Source: Marivita sp. (GTDB taxonomy: Bacteria; Pseudomonadota; Alphaproteobacteria; Rhodobacterales; Rhodobacteraceae). Taken from it: DNA of 64,000 nucleotides. Shown here in pieces: positions 46,102 to 53,932 of this stretch. Below the pieces are notes generated by a model. It made no database searches. It saw only the letters and a list, made by a program, of their open reading frames with translations, and was not told the origin of the DNA. The stretch spans positions 20,544 to 84,543 of the forward strand of contig NZ_JAIPUT010000007.1 in the NCBI RefSeq assembly GCF_020055635.1. The letters run 5' to 3'. Both the position numbers and the translations under genes were made by a program. The stretch's first letter is position 1, and every line of letters starts with the position of its first letter.

Positions 46102-46126
46102 ATACCCGACTCGATTAGTCGGACTT
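46102..46126 (+). promoter_or_regulatory. IscR type-1 / Iron-Rhodo-box-like operator upstream of the sORF-hemP operon
   Basis: ATACCCGACTCGATTAGTCGGACTT matches 20/25 positions of ATASYYGACTRWWWYAGTCRRSTAT. Perfect core palindrome CCGACT-N5-AGTCGG. Lies in an AT-rich gap about 75 nt before the ATG at 46202. Confidence 0.45.
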
Positions 46127-46201
46127 TATCAGCGCGTCAGTTCGATGCCCGTCCCAGCCACCACCACAGGCAGCCCGGATGTCAATGGAAAGGAGCAATT
46201 C

Positions 46202-46372
46202 ATGACGACACCCGAGCAAAAGACCCCTTCAAAGGCCCCCACCCTGAACGGCACCACGTGGCGCGACATCGTGCAATCCGGTGCGGACACCCTTCAGATC
46301 GAAGGCTTTGCCCTCGAGCATCTGATCGACATGCAGCGTGATCGCACCCGCCAGTTCGGAGAGGGTCGATGA
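46202..46372 (+). CDS. Small ORF (56 aa), function unknown, translationally coupled to hemP
   Basis: RBS AAGGAG 6 nt upstream. MTTPEQKTPSKAPTLNGTTWRDIVQSGADTLQIEGFALEHLIDMQRDRTRQFGEGR. Its stop overlaps the hemP ATG (ATGA). Confidence 0.4.
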   Translation: MTTPEQKTPSKAPTLNGTTWRDIVQSGADTLQIEGFALEHLIDMQRDRTRQFGEGR

Positions 46373-46542
46373 GCCTGATGCAGAACCTGCCGGACCCCCG
46401 CTCCATGGACCACAGCAATGAGACCGCCACCTATGACGCGCGCGACTTGATCCTGAACGGCACAAAGGCGGAAATCGTGCTGGACGGCCAGACCTACACG
46501 TTGCGCATCACCCGCGCCGGCAAGTTGATCCTGACCAAATGA
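46369..46542 (+). CDS. hemP: Hemin uptake protein HemP (57 aa); below the size cutoff of the ORF track
   Basis: Translated by hand: MSLMQNLPDPRSMDHSNETATYDARDLILNGTKAEIVLDGQTYTLRITRAGKLILTK. The Y.LR.T..GKLILTK C-terminus is the HemP signature. Confidence 0.75.
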   Translation: MSLMQNLPDPRSMDHSNETATYDARDLILNGTKAEIVLDGQTYTLRITRAGKLILTK

Positions 46543-47021
46543 AGGACATTGAGCATACTCCCGGTGCAAGCGTTGTCGGCCGACTGACCGATATCGCGCC
46601 GTGGGAAGCAGAGTTGATCCTGTCGATCCGGCTCTGGATGGACAGCCCCGAAGGCCAGGCCAAGATCTGGAATGGCTTTGCAAGATGTTTCGGGGCCTCC
46701 GACGGACGCCTTGAATTGCGGCGGTTCGAAACCCTGCTGACCAGCATTTGCAGCACGGCGCGGCGGCCGCTGATCCGACATGGGCTTGGCTGCGATTGCA
46801 TCGGATCGGATGAAGCAATCCTTTGGACCCTTGTGCGCGAAGCGACCCGGGGCGATTTGCTCGAGGCCACCATGATCGCGAGCCTGCTGGTGCCTGCCCG
46901 TCACGCCGAACCGATCGCCCTGATGGCGGCAAAAGTGGGTCAGGCGATGCAACGCCTGGCACGTGACGCGCCCGCATCGGCCTCGACCCAGAGCCAGACA
47001 GAGCACCGCATCCTGCATTGA
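46539..47021 (+). CDS. Uncharacterised 160-aa protein (paralog A), coupled to hemP
   Basis: ATGA overlap with the hemP stop. No family recognised. Shares ...RRP....G......S.DE..L..L.R........AT......VP... with the 47399-47821 product. Confidence 0.6.
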   Translation: MKDIEHTPGASVVGRLTDIAPWEAELILSIRLWMDSPEGQAKIWNGFARCFGASDGRLELRRFETLLTSICSTARRPLIRHGLGCDCIGSDEAILWTLVREATRGDLLEATMIASLLVPARHAEPIALMAAKVGQAMQRLARDAPASASTQSQTEHRILH

Positions 47022-47073
47022 CCGATCATCCCAAGCCAGACCGGACAACAGGTCCAAATCCAGCGAGGACACC

Positions 47074-47334
47074 ATGTCGAAAGTTCCCAGCCCCTGCATC
47101 AGCGTCTGCAAGTTCAAACGTGAAGGTCATTGCATCGGGTGTTCCATGACCAAGGCGCAGAAATCCGCCTTCAAGAAACTGAAGAAAAACGCGCATCGCG
47201 AAGCCTTTGTCGAACTGGTGGTCGCGCAACAGGCTGTCATGGGCCGCTACAAGCACTGGGAGCAGGCCTACGAGAAACGGTGCCGCAAGAAAAAGGTCAG
47301 CCTGACGGTTCTTGACGGGCACAAGGCGGCGTGA
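47074..47334 (+). CDS. DUF1289-family Cys-rich small protein
   Basis: MSKVPSPCISVCKFKREGHCIGCSMTKAQKSAFK... fits the SPC..iC.......C.GC.Rt pattern. 86 aa. Confidence 0.7.
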   Translation: MSKVPSPCISVCKFKREGHCIGCSMTKAQKSAFKKLKKNAHREAFVELVVAQQAVMGRYKHWEQAYEKRCRKKKVSLTVLDGHKAA

Positions 47335-47398
47335 CCACGACACGTGTCAAAGCTGCCCTCGACAACAGACATCCCCGAAAACGAAGGACAATGGAAAG

Positions 47399-47821
47399 AT
47401 GACCGCAGCCCTGCGTCAGGTTTCAGACAGACAAGATTTCAGCCCCGAAGAAGATGCCAGCGCCCAGCCCCTGCTCGAACATTTGCGCCGCATTGCCCGG
47501 ACCAGCCGGTGCAAGAGCTATGTCGATCTTTTCGGGGCTTGTGCCGCGCTCTCGGGCAACCGTCACGTCGCCTCGCAAGCGGCGGCCGAGGTGCTGATGC
47601 GATGTCTGGCCCAGGCCCTGGGACGCCGGCCCGTGCTTTACCGCGAGGGCGAAAGCGAAACGTCGTTCGACGAGAACTGGCTTCTTGCCCTGGGGCGCAG
47701 CCTCAAGGATGAAGACACCACGAGCGCGACGTTTCTCCTGCATTCGCGGGTGCCAAAGCAGTTTCGTCGCAATCTCGTCTTCCTGCTTCGGAATGTGGTC
47801 GACAATTTTCCTCAGACTTAG
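47399..47821 (+). CDS. Uncharacterised 140-aa protein (paralog B)
   Basis: AAGGA 10 nt upstream of ATG 47399. MTAALRQVSDRQDF...GRRPVLYREGESETSFDENWLLALGRSLKDEDTTSATFLLHSRVPKQF... Its stop lies inside the ICE palindrome. Confidence 0.55.
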   Translation: MTAALRQVSDRQDFSPEEDASAQPLLEHLRRIARTSRCKSYVDLFGACAALSGNRHVASQAAAEVLMRCLAQALGRRPVLYREGESETSFDENWLLALGRSLKDEDTTSATFLLHSRVPKQFRRNLVFLLRNVVDNFPQT

Positions 47822-47833
47822 AATTATTCTAAA
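47817..47833. promoter_or_regulatory. Irr-type iron control element (ICE) upstream of dps
   Basis: CTTAGAA-TTA-TTCTAAA against consensus TTTAGAA-N3-TTCTAAA (13/14). Arms TTAGAA/TTCTAA are a perfect inverted repeat. About 95 nt before the dps ATG. Confidence 0.55.
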
Positions 47834-47924
47834 CTGTCTTGCCGATGTCCGGTCTTGAGACTATCTTTTATTCGCAAGCCAGCCAGACGCCAGCCAGCTC
47901 CCCTTTTTGATGCAGGAGGCACCC

Positions 47925-48395
47925 ATGACCCAAACCGCCCAGACCCTTTCCACCGATGCAACCGCGCAAATCGCAAGTGCGCTCAACCAATGCGTCGCCG
48001 AAACCGCCGTGACCACGATGTTGGCGCAGAATTTTCATTGGAACGTGACCGGCATGGCCTTTGGCCCGCTGCATGACCTCTTTCAGAAGATCTACGAAGA
48101 CCACTTTGTCGCGCAAGATGATCTGGCCGAGCGGATCAAGGCGTTGGATGCCCATGCCGAAGGCACGCTTGGCGGAATGCTGAAGCGGTCGAAAGTGTCC
48201 GAAGTCGACGGCGTACCGGCCGCCGAAGAGATGATCCGCGTCATGAAAGAGGCGCAGGAAACCTTGGCCGAAACCATCGCAGGCGCAGGGGAACTGGCCG
48301 CCCAGCACGGGGACACGCTCACCGAAGACCTGTGCATCGCACGCGGTCAGACGCACGAGAAATTCGCCTGGATGCTGCGCGCGCACCTTGCCTGA
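47925..48395 (+). CDS. dps: Dps-family DNA-protection / mini-ferritin protein
   Basis: RBS GGAGG. ...LAQNFHWNVTGMAFGPLHDLFQKIYEDHFVAQDDLAERI... (ferroxidase-site H...H/D...E pattern of Dps). Confidence 0.85.
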   Translation: MTQTAQTLSTDATAQIASALNQCVAETAVTTMLAQNFHWNVTGMAFGPLHDLFQKIYEDHFVAQDDLAERIKALDAHAEGTLGGMLKRSKVSEVDGVPAAEEMIRVMKEAQETLAETIAGAGELAAQHGDTLTEDLCIARGQTHEKFAWMLRAHLA

Positions 48396-48438
48396 AACGG
48401 GATACGGGCGCGTTGCCCGATGATCCACGCAAAAAGAC

Positions 48439-48458
48439 ATACTGATTTTATCAGGTAT
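48439..48458. promoter_or_regulatory. Near-perfect palindrome upstream of the exbB operon
   Basis: ATACTGAT-TTT-ATCAGGTAT read directly. About 93 nt before the GTG at 48551. Its outer ATAC...GTAT resembles the flanks of the IscR-type motif, but the core and spacing differ. Confidence 0.3.
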
Positions 48459-48550
48459 TGAATTCCCTCTTGCCGGATGGTAGCAAAATCCCATCCAGCA
48501 AGGGGACATACCCAGCCAGATGACCATTCGGGAAATCGGAGGCTGGGCAC

Positions 48551-48985
48551 GTGCACCTATTCCAAGGAAAAGTCGTAGTCGCCCTTTTGGCGGCATCCAT
48601 GATTTCTGGCTCAGTGCATGCGCAGGACGTTCAGGGCACTCATGTGTCCATTGAACTCAACGCGCTTGAACCGGTCGACGATGCCTGCCGGATCAGTTTC
48701 CTGATCCAGAACGGGCATGACATCGATATCGAGCAGGCCGTTTACGAGGCCGTGCTGTTCGACAAGCAAGGACGTGTAGAGCGTCTTACCCTCTTCGACT
48801 TCGGCGCCCTGCCCTCTGCCCGCCCCCGAGTGCGGCAATTCTTGGTCCCGGGCCTTGCCTGTGCCTCGCTTGGTCGCCTTCTCATCAACGGGGTCGAGAC
48901 CTGCTCGGGTGTCGATGTCCCGGACGGTGCCTGTTCCGACAATCTCGACATGCGCAGCCGCACGGATGTCGAGGTGCTGGGATGA
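48551..48985 (+). CDS. Secreted protein of unknown function, first gene of the exbB-exbD-exbD-tonB operon
   Basis: GTG start. Signal peptide VVVALLAASMISGSVHAQ. 144 aa with 4 Cys. 4-bp overlap with exbB. Confidence 0.55.
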   Translation: MHLFQGKVVVALLAASMISGSVHAQDVQGTHVSIELNALEPVDDACRISFLIQNGHDIDIEQAVYEAVLFDKQGRVERLTLFDFGALPSARPRVRQFLVPGLACASLGRLLINGVETCSGVDVPDGACSDNLDMRSRTDVEVLG

Positions 48986-49632
48986 TCGCGACGCTTCAAG
49001 CCGCAATCCTGCGCATCGCCGAACTTGGCGGGCCGGTTGTCCTGCTGCTGGGCGCGCTTTCAGTCCTTGTTCTGGCTGTCGTGCTGTACAAGCTTTGGCA
49101 ATATGCCGCCTCGGGTGTCGGTCGCCACACCGCCTTGCAAGAGGCCATCGCAGCCTGGGATGCCGGAGATCGTGCCGCAGCACGGAACTGCCTGGGCCGG
49201 TCGCGCAGCTATCTTGTTCCTGTCGTCGCCATGGCGCTTGATGGCCAGAACGATGCTGCCCGCCTCGAAGCCGAGGCCGAAGCGCGGTTTGCCCGGCTGG
49301 AAAGCGGCTTTCGATTTCTGGAGTCGGTGGCCCAACTTGCCCCTCTTCTGGGTTTGTTCGGCACGGTGCTGGGCATGATCTCGGCGTTTCAGGCTTTGCA
49401 GGAGGCCGGCGCACAGGTCGATCCGTCGATCCTTGCGGGCGGGATCTGGGTCGCGCTTCTGACAACGGCGGTCGGGTTGGCGGTTGCCATGCCGACATCG
49501 GTGGTTCTGAGCTGGTTCGAGGCGCGCATGGATGCCGATCGCGTGCTGGCGCAAAAGGCGATCCGCACGATCCTGTCGCCCGAGGGCCGCCGCCCCGCAA
49601 CGGATGCCCGCGCGACACCGGTCCATGCGTAG
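48982..49632 (+). CDS. exbB: ExbB/TolQ/MotA-family proton channel
   Basis: 3 TM segments. Signature LAPLLGLFGTVLGMISAF. Confidence 0.85.
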   Translation: MIATLQAAILRIAELGGPVVLLLGALSVLVLAVVLYKLWQYAASGVGRHTALQEAIAAWDAGDRAAARNCLGRSRSYLVPVVAMALDGQNDAARLEAEAEARFARLESGFRFLESVAQLAPLLGLFGTVLGMISAFQALQEAGAQVDPSILAGGIWVALLTTAVGLAVAMPTSVVLSWFEARMDADRVLAQKAIRTILSPEGRRPATDARATPVHA

Positions 49633-50005
49633 GCACCAAAAGCGGCGCAGGATGTCGATGACGTCCCTGATCGACGTCATCTTCCTGTTGCTGCTGTTCT
49701 TCATGCTGTCCTCGACCTTCACCCGCTTTGCTGAAGTCGAGCTTTCGGCCGCAGGGTCCGCGTCAGGGGCGTCTCCGGACCGGCCCGTCTTCCTGTCGCT
49801 TGGCGCCGATAGCTTGCGGTTGAACGCAACGGACGCCTCGCTGAAAGACCTGTCAGACGCTCTGGCCCGGCACCGATCCGGTGAGGCTCCGCTGGCGATC
49901 CTCGTATCCCTGCAAGGCAACGTGACTGCACAGAGACTGACCGATCTTCTGGCAGCGCTGCGCAGCCTGCCGAACCTGAACGTGACAGTTCTGGAAACGA
50001 CATGA
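49625..50005 (+). CDS. exbD: ExbD/TolR-family protein (copy 1)
   Basis: MRRHQKRRRMSMTSLIDVIFLLLLFFMLSSTF. Overlaps the exbB end by 8 bp. Confidence 0.8.
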   Translation: MRRHQKRRRMSMTSLIDVIFLLLLFFMLSSTFTRFAEVELSAAGSASGASPDRPVFLSLGADSLRLNATDASLKDLSDALARHRSGEAPLAILVSLQGNVTAQRLTDLLAALRSLPNLNVTVLETT

Positions 50006-50388
50006 GACGCAAAGCCGCAAAATCGAACCGTGAACCGACCATCGCGCTGATCAACATCGTGTTCCTGATGCTGATCTTCTTCCTCGTCGCCGGGACGATC
50101 GCCCCTCCGCTGGACAGGGACTTGTCTCTGGTGAACACCGCCAAGGTCGAAGGCACACCACCGGCGGATGCCCTGGTGGTCCATCGGGACGGTCGCATGA
50201 GCCACCAAGGTCGCGACATCGGATCGGCCGCAGCGTTCCTTTCCCGCTTGCCGGAGGAAGCGCGCGGCCGGGTAAGGATCGTTCCGGATCGGGACCTTCC
50301 CGCGCACATTCTGGTCGCCATCGGTCGCGAATTACGCCGATCCGGGGCTGAAAGCGTCTTCATCGTGACCGAAAGAGGGATGCAATGA
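50002..50388 (+). CDS. exbD: ExbD/TolR-family protein (copy 2)
   Basis: MRRKAAKSNREPTIALINIVFLMLIFFLVAG. ATGA overlap with copy 1. Confidence 0.8.
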   Translation: MRRKAAKSNREPTIALINIVFLMLIFFLVAGTIAPPLDRDLSLVNTAKVEGTPPADALVVHRDGRMSHQGRDIGSAAAFLSRLPEEARGRVRIVPDRDLPAHILVAIGRELRRSGAESVFIVTERGMQ

Positions 50389-51410
50389 CCGGCTCGTCGT
50401 CCATTGCGAAGTCGGTCGCCCTTTCGCTGGCTGTCATTGTGCATGCGGGGCTTGTCGCGGCTTTGGTGGCCCGTGACACACCGATGATTAACGGCTCTGC
50501 CGGCGCCTCGGAGGTGCGTCTCGGAAATGCCTTTGCGGACATGGCCGCCGGGACGTTGACCGCCGAGCAAGCGCACACGACCGCCGCGGAAACCGCGACA
50601 GAGGCGACGCCGCAGGAGCAGCCTGACAGGATCGTGGCCGACGGTTCCAAGGCAGTCGAGCCCGCTGCGCCGGACCGTCCGGTCCAAAGCGCGCCCCTCC
50701 CCCCTCGGGAAGAGCTGGCAGCCCTGCGTCCGAAGGTTGCGGCCCCGCTGCAAAGGCCGGAGCTGACCGCTGACATCACCGCTGACGAGGTTTTGTTGTC
50801 TACACCCGTCGCATCATTGCGGGCCGCAAAGGCCGTCCCCCTCCGGCCAACCGTGCCGAAGCCACACCGGCCCGACCCCGCTTCAGAGCGCCTCGACGCT
50901 TCCGAACCCCAAAGCGCGGCCGTGTCACGCTCTGCCCGGCCGAAACCCCGCAGCGCGGAATTTGTCGAGACCCGCAAACCCCGACCTGTGGAGAAATCCG
51001 CCCCGAAACCCGCCGCTGAACAGCCGCAGCGCACCAGGCAGCAGGCCCAAGGCAACGCGGCGCAGAATGCCCGGGCGGGCGAGGCCTCGGGCACCCTGGC
51101 GGCCGTGGCGCGGCAAGAAGGCACAGGGGGCCAAGAGGCAGCAGGGAACGCGGCGGCCAGCAATTATCCCGGTCTGGTCATGCGCACACTGTCGCGTGCC
51201 GGCAAGCCTCGTGTGACGGCACGCGGGGCTGCGGTGGTCGCCTTCACAATCAGCGAAAATGGCGGGATCGCCGCCGTGTCTCTGGCGCGCAGTTCGGGAT
51301 CCTCCGCGCTCGATCAGGCGGCGGTGCGACTGGTCAGGGGCGCTGGCCCCTTTCCCAAGCCGCCACACGGCGCGCGGCGCAGCTTCTCGATCCGGATCGA
51401 GGGCCGCTGA
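50385..51410 (+). CDS. tonB: TonB-family energy transducer
   Basis: N-terminal TM (VALSLAVIVHAGLVAALV). Long Pro/Ala/Glu-rich spacer. C-terminal TonB domain NYPGLVMRTL...AVVAFTISENGGIAAVSLARSSGSSALDQAAVRLVRGAGPFPKPP. Confidence 0.8.
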   Translation: MTGSSSIAKSVALSLAVIVHAGLVAALVARDTPMINGSAGASEVRLGNAFADMAAGTLTAEQAHTTAAETATEATPQEQPDRIVADGSKAVEPAAPDRPVQSAPLPPREELAALRPKVAAPLQRPELTADITADEVLLSTPVASLRAAKAVPLRPTVPKPHRPDPASERLDASEPQSAAVSRSARPKPRSAEFVETRKPRPVEKSAPKPAAEQPQRTRQQAQGNAAQNARAGEASGTLAAVARQEGTGGQEAAGNAAASNYPGLVMRTLSRAGKPRVTARGAAVVAFTISENGGIAAVSLARSSGSSALDQAAVRLVRGAGPFPKPPHGARRSFSIRIEGR

Positions 51411-51431
51411 ACCGCCACGGGCCGCGGTTCA
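51408..51431. terminator. Hairpin spanning both stop codons of the convergent tonB and acyl-CoA ligase genes
   Basis: TGAACCGC-(8 nt)-GCGGTTCA, 8-bp stem read directly. Confidence 0.35.
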
Positions 51432-53072
51432 ATCGACAAATCCAGAGGCGCGCTCGCGCAGGACGAATTTCTGGATCTTGCCGGTCGAGGTCCTGGGAAT
51501 CGCATCGAAGACGATCCGGCCCGGCACCTTGTAAGGGGCAAGGTGGTCGCGGCACCAACCGCGCAGGGTCGCGTCGTCCACCTCGTGCCCTGCGGTCAGC
51601 TCGATGAAGGCGCAGGGTGTCTCGCCCCATTTTTCGTGCGGCATGGCAACCACGGCGGCGACCGCGACCGCCGGGTGACGGTAAAGAGCCTCTTCAACCT
51701 CGATCGACGAGATGTTTTCGCCACCCGAAATGATGATGTCCTTGGATCGGTCCTTGAGCTGGATATAGCCATCGGGATGCACGACCCCAAGATCGCCGGA
51801 ATGGAACCAGCCCCCGGCCAGCGCCTTTTGCGTCGACTCCGGGTTGCGGAAATAGCCTTTCATCACAACATTGCCGCGGAACATCACCTCGCCCATCGTC
51901 TTGCCATCATGCGGGACAGGCTGCATCGATTCGGGGTCCCGGACCTCGAGTTGCTCGAGCGGCAGATACCGCACGCCTTGTCGGGCCTTCAGTCGGGCCT
52001 GCTCGGCGGCGGGAAGGTCGGACCAGTCTGCGTGCCATTCATTGACGACCGCGGGACCGTAGGTCTCGGTCAGGCCGTAAAGATGCGTCACGTCGAACCC
52101 GGCAGCATCCATGCTGGCCAGGAGGCTTTCGGGCGGCGGGGCGGCGGCGGTGAAGAACTGCACCCGCCTATCCAGGGCGCGCTTTTCCTCCTCGGGTGCG
52201 CTTTGGATCAGCGACATGACGATGGGTGCGCCGCAGAGATGCGTCACGCCTTCCTCGGCCAGGGCCTTCCAGATCGGAGCAGAGCGCACCTGCCGCAGGC
52301 AAACATGGGTGCCGATGATGGCGGACAGGGTCCATGGGAAACACCAGCCATTGCAGTGGAACATCGGCAGCGTCCACAGGTAGACGCTATGCTTGGCCAT
52401 CGAGGTGGTCAGCGCATTGCCCTGGGCCAGAAGATAGGCCCCCCGATGGTGCGAAACGACGCCCTTTGGGTCCCCGGTTGTGCCTGAAGTATAATTGATC
52501 GAGATCGCGTCCCATTCGTCTTCGGGTATGACCCAGTCGAATTCCGGATTTCCCGTGGCCAGAACGGTCTCGTAATCCTTGGCCCCTTCCATGTCGCCGG
52601 GGCCGGCATATTCCGGATCGTCGTATTGGATCACCTCCGGTGTCACCTTGGCCAGCGACAGGGCCTCGGCCATCAACGGAGCGAATTCGCGGTCCACGAT
52701 GACCAGTTTCGCCATCGCGTGATCCAGCTGAAACGCGATGATCGCGGCATCCAGCCTGGTGTTGATCGAATGCAGGACCGCCCCGCACATCGGCACGCCG
52801 TAATGGCATTCCAGCATGGCAGGCGTATTGGCAAGCATCGCCGACACCGTGTCTCCGCGCGCCAGACCGCGCGCCGCGAGAACCGAGGCCAATTGCCGTG
52901 ACCGGGCATAGAACGCGGCATAGCTGCGCCGCAAGGTCCCATGCACGATGGCGGTGTGGTCGGGAAAGACACTGGCCGCGCGTTCCAGGAAATTCAGCGG
53001 CGTCAGGGGCTGGTAATTTGCCGGGGTCCGGTCAAGTCCGGTGTTGTATGGATTGTCGGACATGTCTGTCAT
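51429..53072 (-). CDS. AMP-dependent acyl-CoA synthetase (short/medium-chain type; candidate MMPA-CoA ligase role)
   Basis: Start chosen at the ATG whose ATGA overlaps the upstream crotonase stop (53069-53072). Motifs YTSGTTGDPKGV, GYFRNPE, SGDLGVVHPDGYIQLKDRSKDIIISGGENIS. Confidence 0.85.
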   Translation of the reverse strand: MTDMSDNPYNTGLDRTPANYQPLTPLNFLERAASVFPDHTAIVHGTLRRSYAAFYARSRQLASVLAARGLARGDTVSAMLANTPAMLECHYGVPMCGAVLHSINTRLDAAIIAFQLDHAMAKLVIVDREFAPLMAEALSLAKVTPEVIQYDDPEYAGPGDMEGAKDYETVLATGNPEFDWVIPEDEWDAISINYTSGTTGDPKGVVSHHRGAYLLAQGNALTTSMAKHSVYLWTLPMFHCNGWCFPWTLSAIIGTHVCLRQVRSAPIWKALAEEGVTHLCGAPIVMSLIQSAPEEEKRALDRRVQFFTAAAPPPESLLASMDAAGFDVTHLYGLTETYGPAVVNEWHADWSDLPAAEQARLKARQGVRYLPLEQLEVRDPESMQPVPHDGKTMGEVMFRGNVVMKGYFRNPESTQKALAGGWFHSGDLGVVHPDGYIQLKDRSKDIIISGGENISSIEVEEALYRHPAVAVAAVVAMPHEKWGETPCAFIELTAGHEVDDATLRGWCRDHLAPYKVPGRIVFDAIPRTSTGKIQKFVLRERASGFVD

Positions 53073-53872
53073 CGGTCCTGCCATTGGGGCGCGCGTTTCT
53101 CGATAAAGGCGCCGATACCTTCCTCGGCGTCATGCGCGAGCATGTTGTCGACCATCACCCGGCTGGCGTGGTCATAGGCGTCTGCCAGCGGCATTTCGCG
53201 TTGAGCATAGTAGGCGCGTTTGCCCGTGGCCAGCGTCATGCTGGATTTCGAGGCGATCTTGCGGGCCATCTCAAGGACCGCGTCCTGTAATGCGTCATTC
53301 GGGACGGCGTAATTGACCAGTCCAATTTCGGCGGCGCGGGACGCTGGGGTCATGTCACCGGTCAAGAGCATCTCCATGGCGTGCTTGTTCGAAGTGTTGC
53401 GAGACAGTGCCACCATTGGCGTAGAGCAGAACAGACCGATATGCACGCCCGGCGTGCTGAACCGGGCACTTTGCGCCGCGATCGCCAGATCGCAGCTTGC
53501 GACCAGCTGGCATCCGGCGGCGGTTGCGATGCCGGTCACCTCGGCGATCACCGGCTTGGGGCAATTCACGATCCCCTGCATGACACCGGAACACTGCGCC
53601 ATGACTTTCGTGAAATAGGCACGTCCCCGGTCCGGCGCGTCCCGCCCGGCGGTCATTTCCTTGAGATCATGGCCCGCGCAAAAGGCCGGGCCATTGGCCG
53701 CGAGGACGATCACGCGCACGTCCCTGTCATCCCCCGCCTCGGCAAAGGCCGCGCCCAGTTCCGACATCATCGCCTCGGACAAAGCATTGCGCCGCCTCGC
53801 ATCGTTCAAGGTAAGCCGCAAGATGCCGTCAGCCGACAGATCGCGCAGCAGGATTCGGGTCTCGTGTGTCAT
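53069..53872 (-). CDS. Enoyl-CoA hydratase/isomerase (crotonase) family protein
   Basis: MTHETRILLRDLSADGILRLTLNDARRRNALS...VIVLAANGPAFCAGHDLKEM. 267 aa. Confidence 0.85.
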   Translation of the reverse strand: MTHETRILLRDLSADGILRLTLNDARRRNALSEAMMSELGAAFAEAGDDRDVRVIVLAANGPAFCAGHDLKEMTAGRDAPDRGRAYFTKVMAQCSGVMQGIVNCPKPVIAEVTGIATAAGCQLVASCDLAIAAQSARFSTPGVHIGLFCSTPMVALSRNTSNKHAMEMLLTGDMTPASRAAEIGLVNYAVPNDALQDAVLEMARKIASKSSMTLATGKRAYYAQREMPLADAYDHASRVMVDNMLAHDAEEGIGAFIEKRAPQWQDR

Positions 53873-53932
53873 GTCAAAAGGTCCGGTTGAGGGCTTGGGG
53901 AGGTTCTGTGGTGAAAGGATCGCCGGAGCGCG

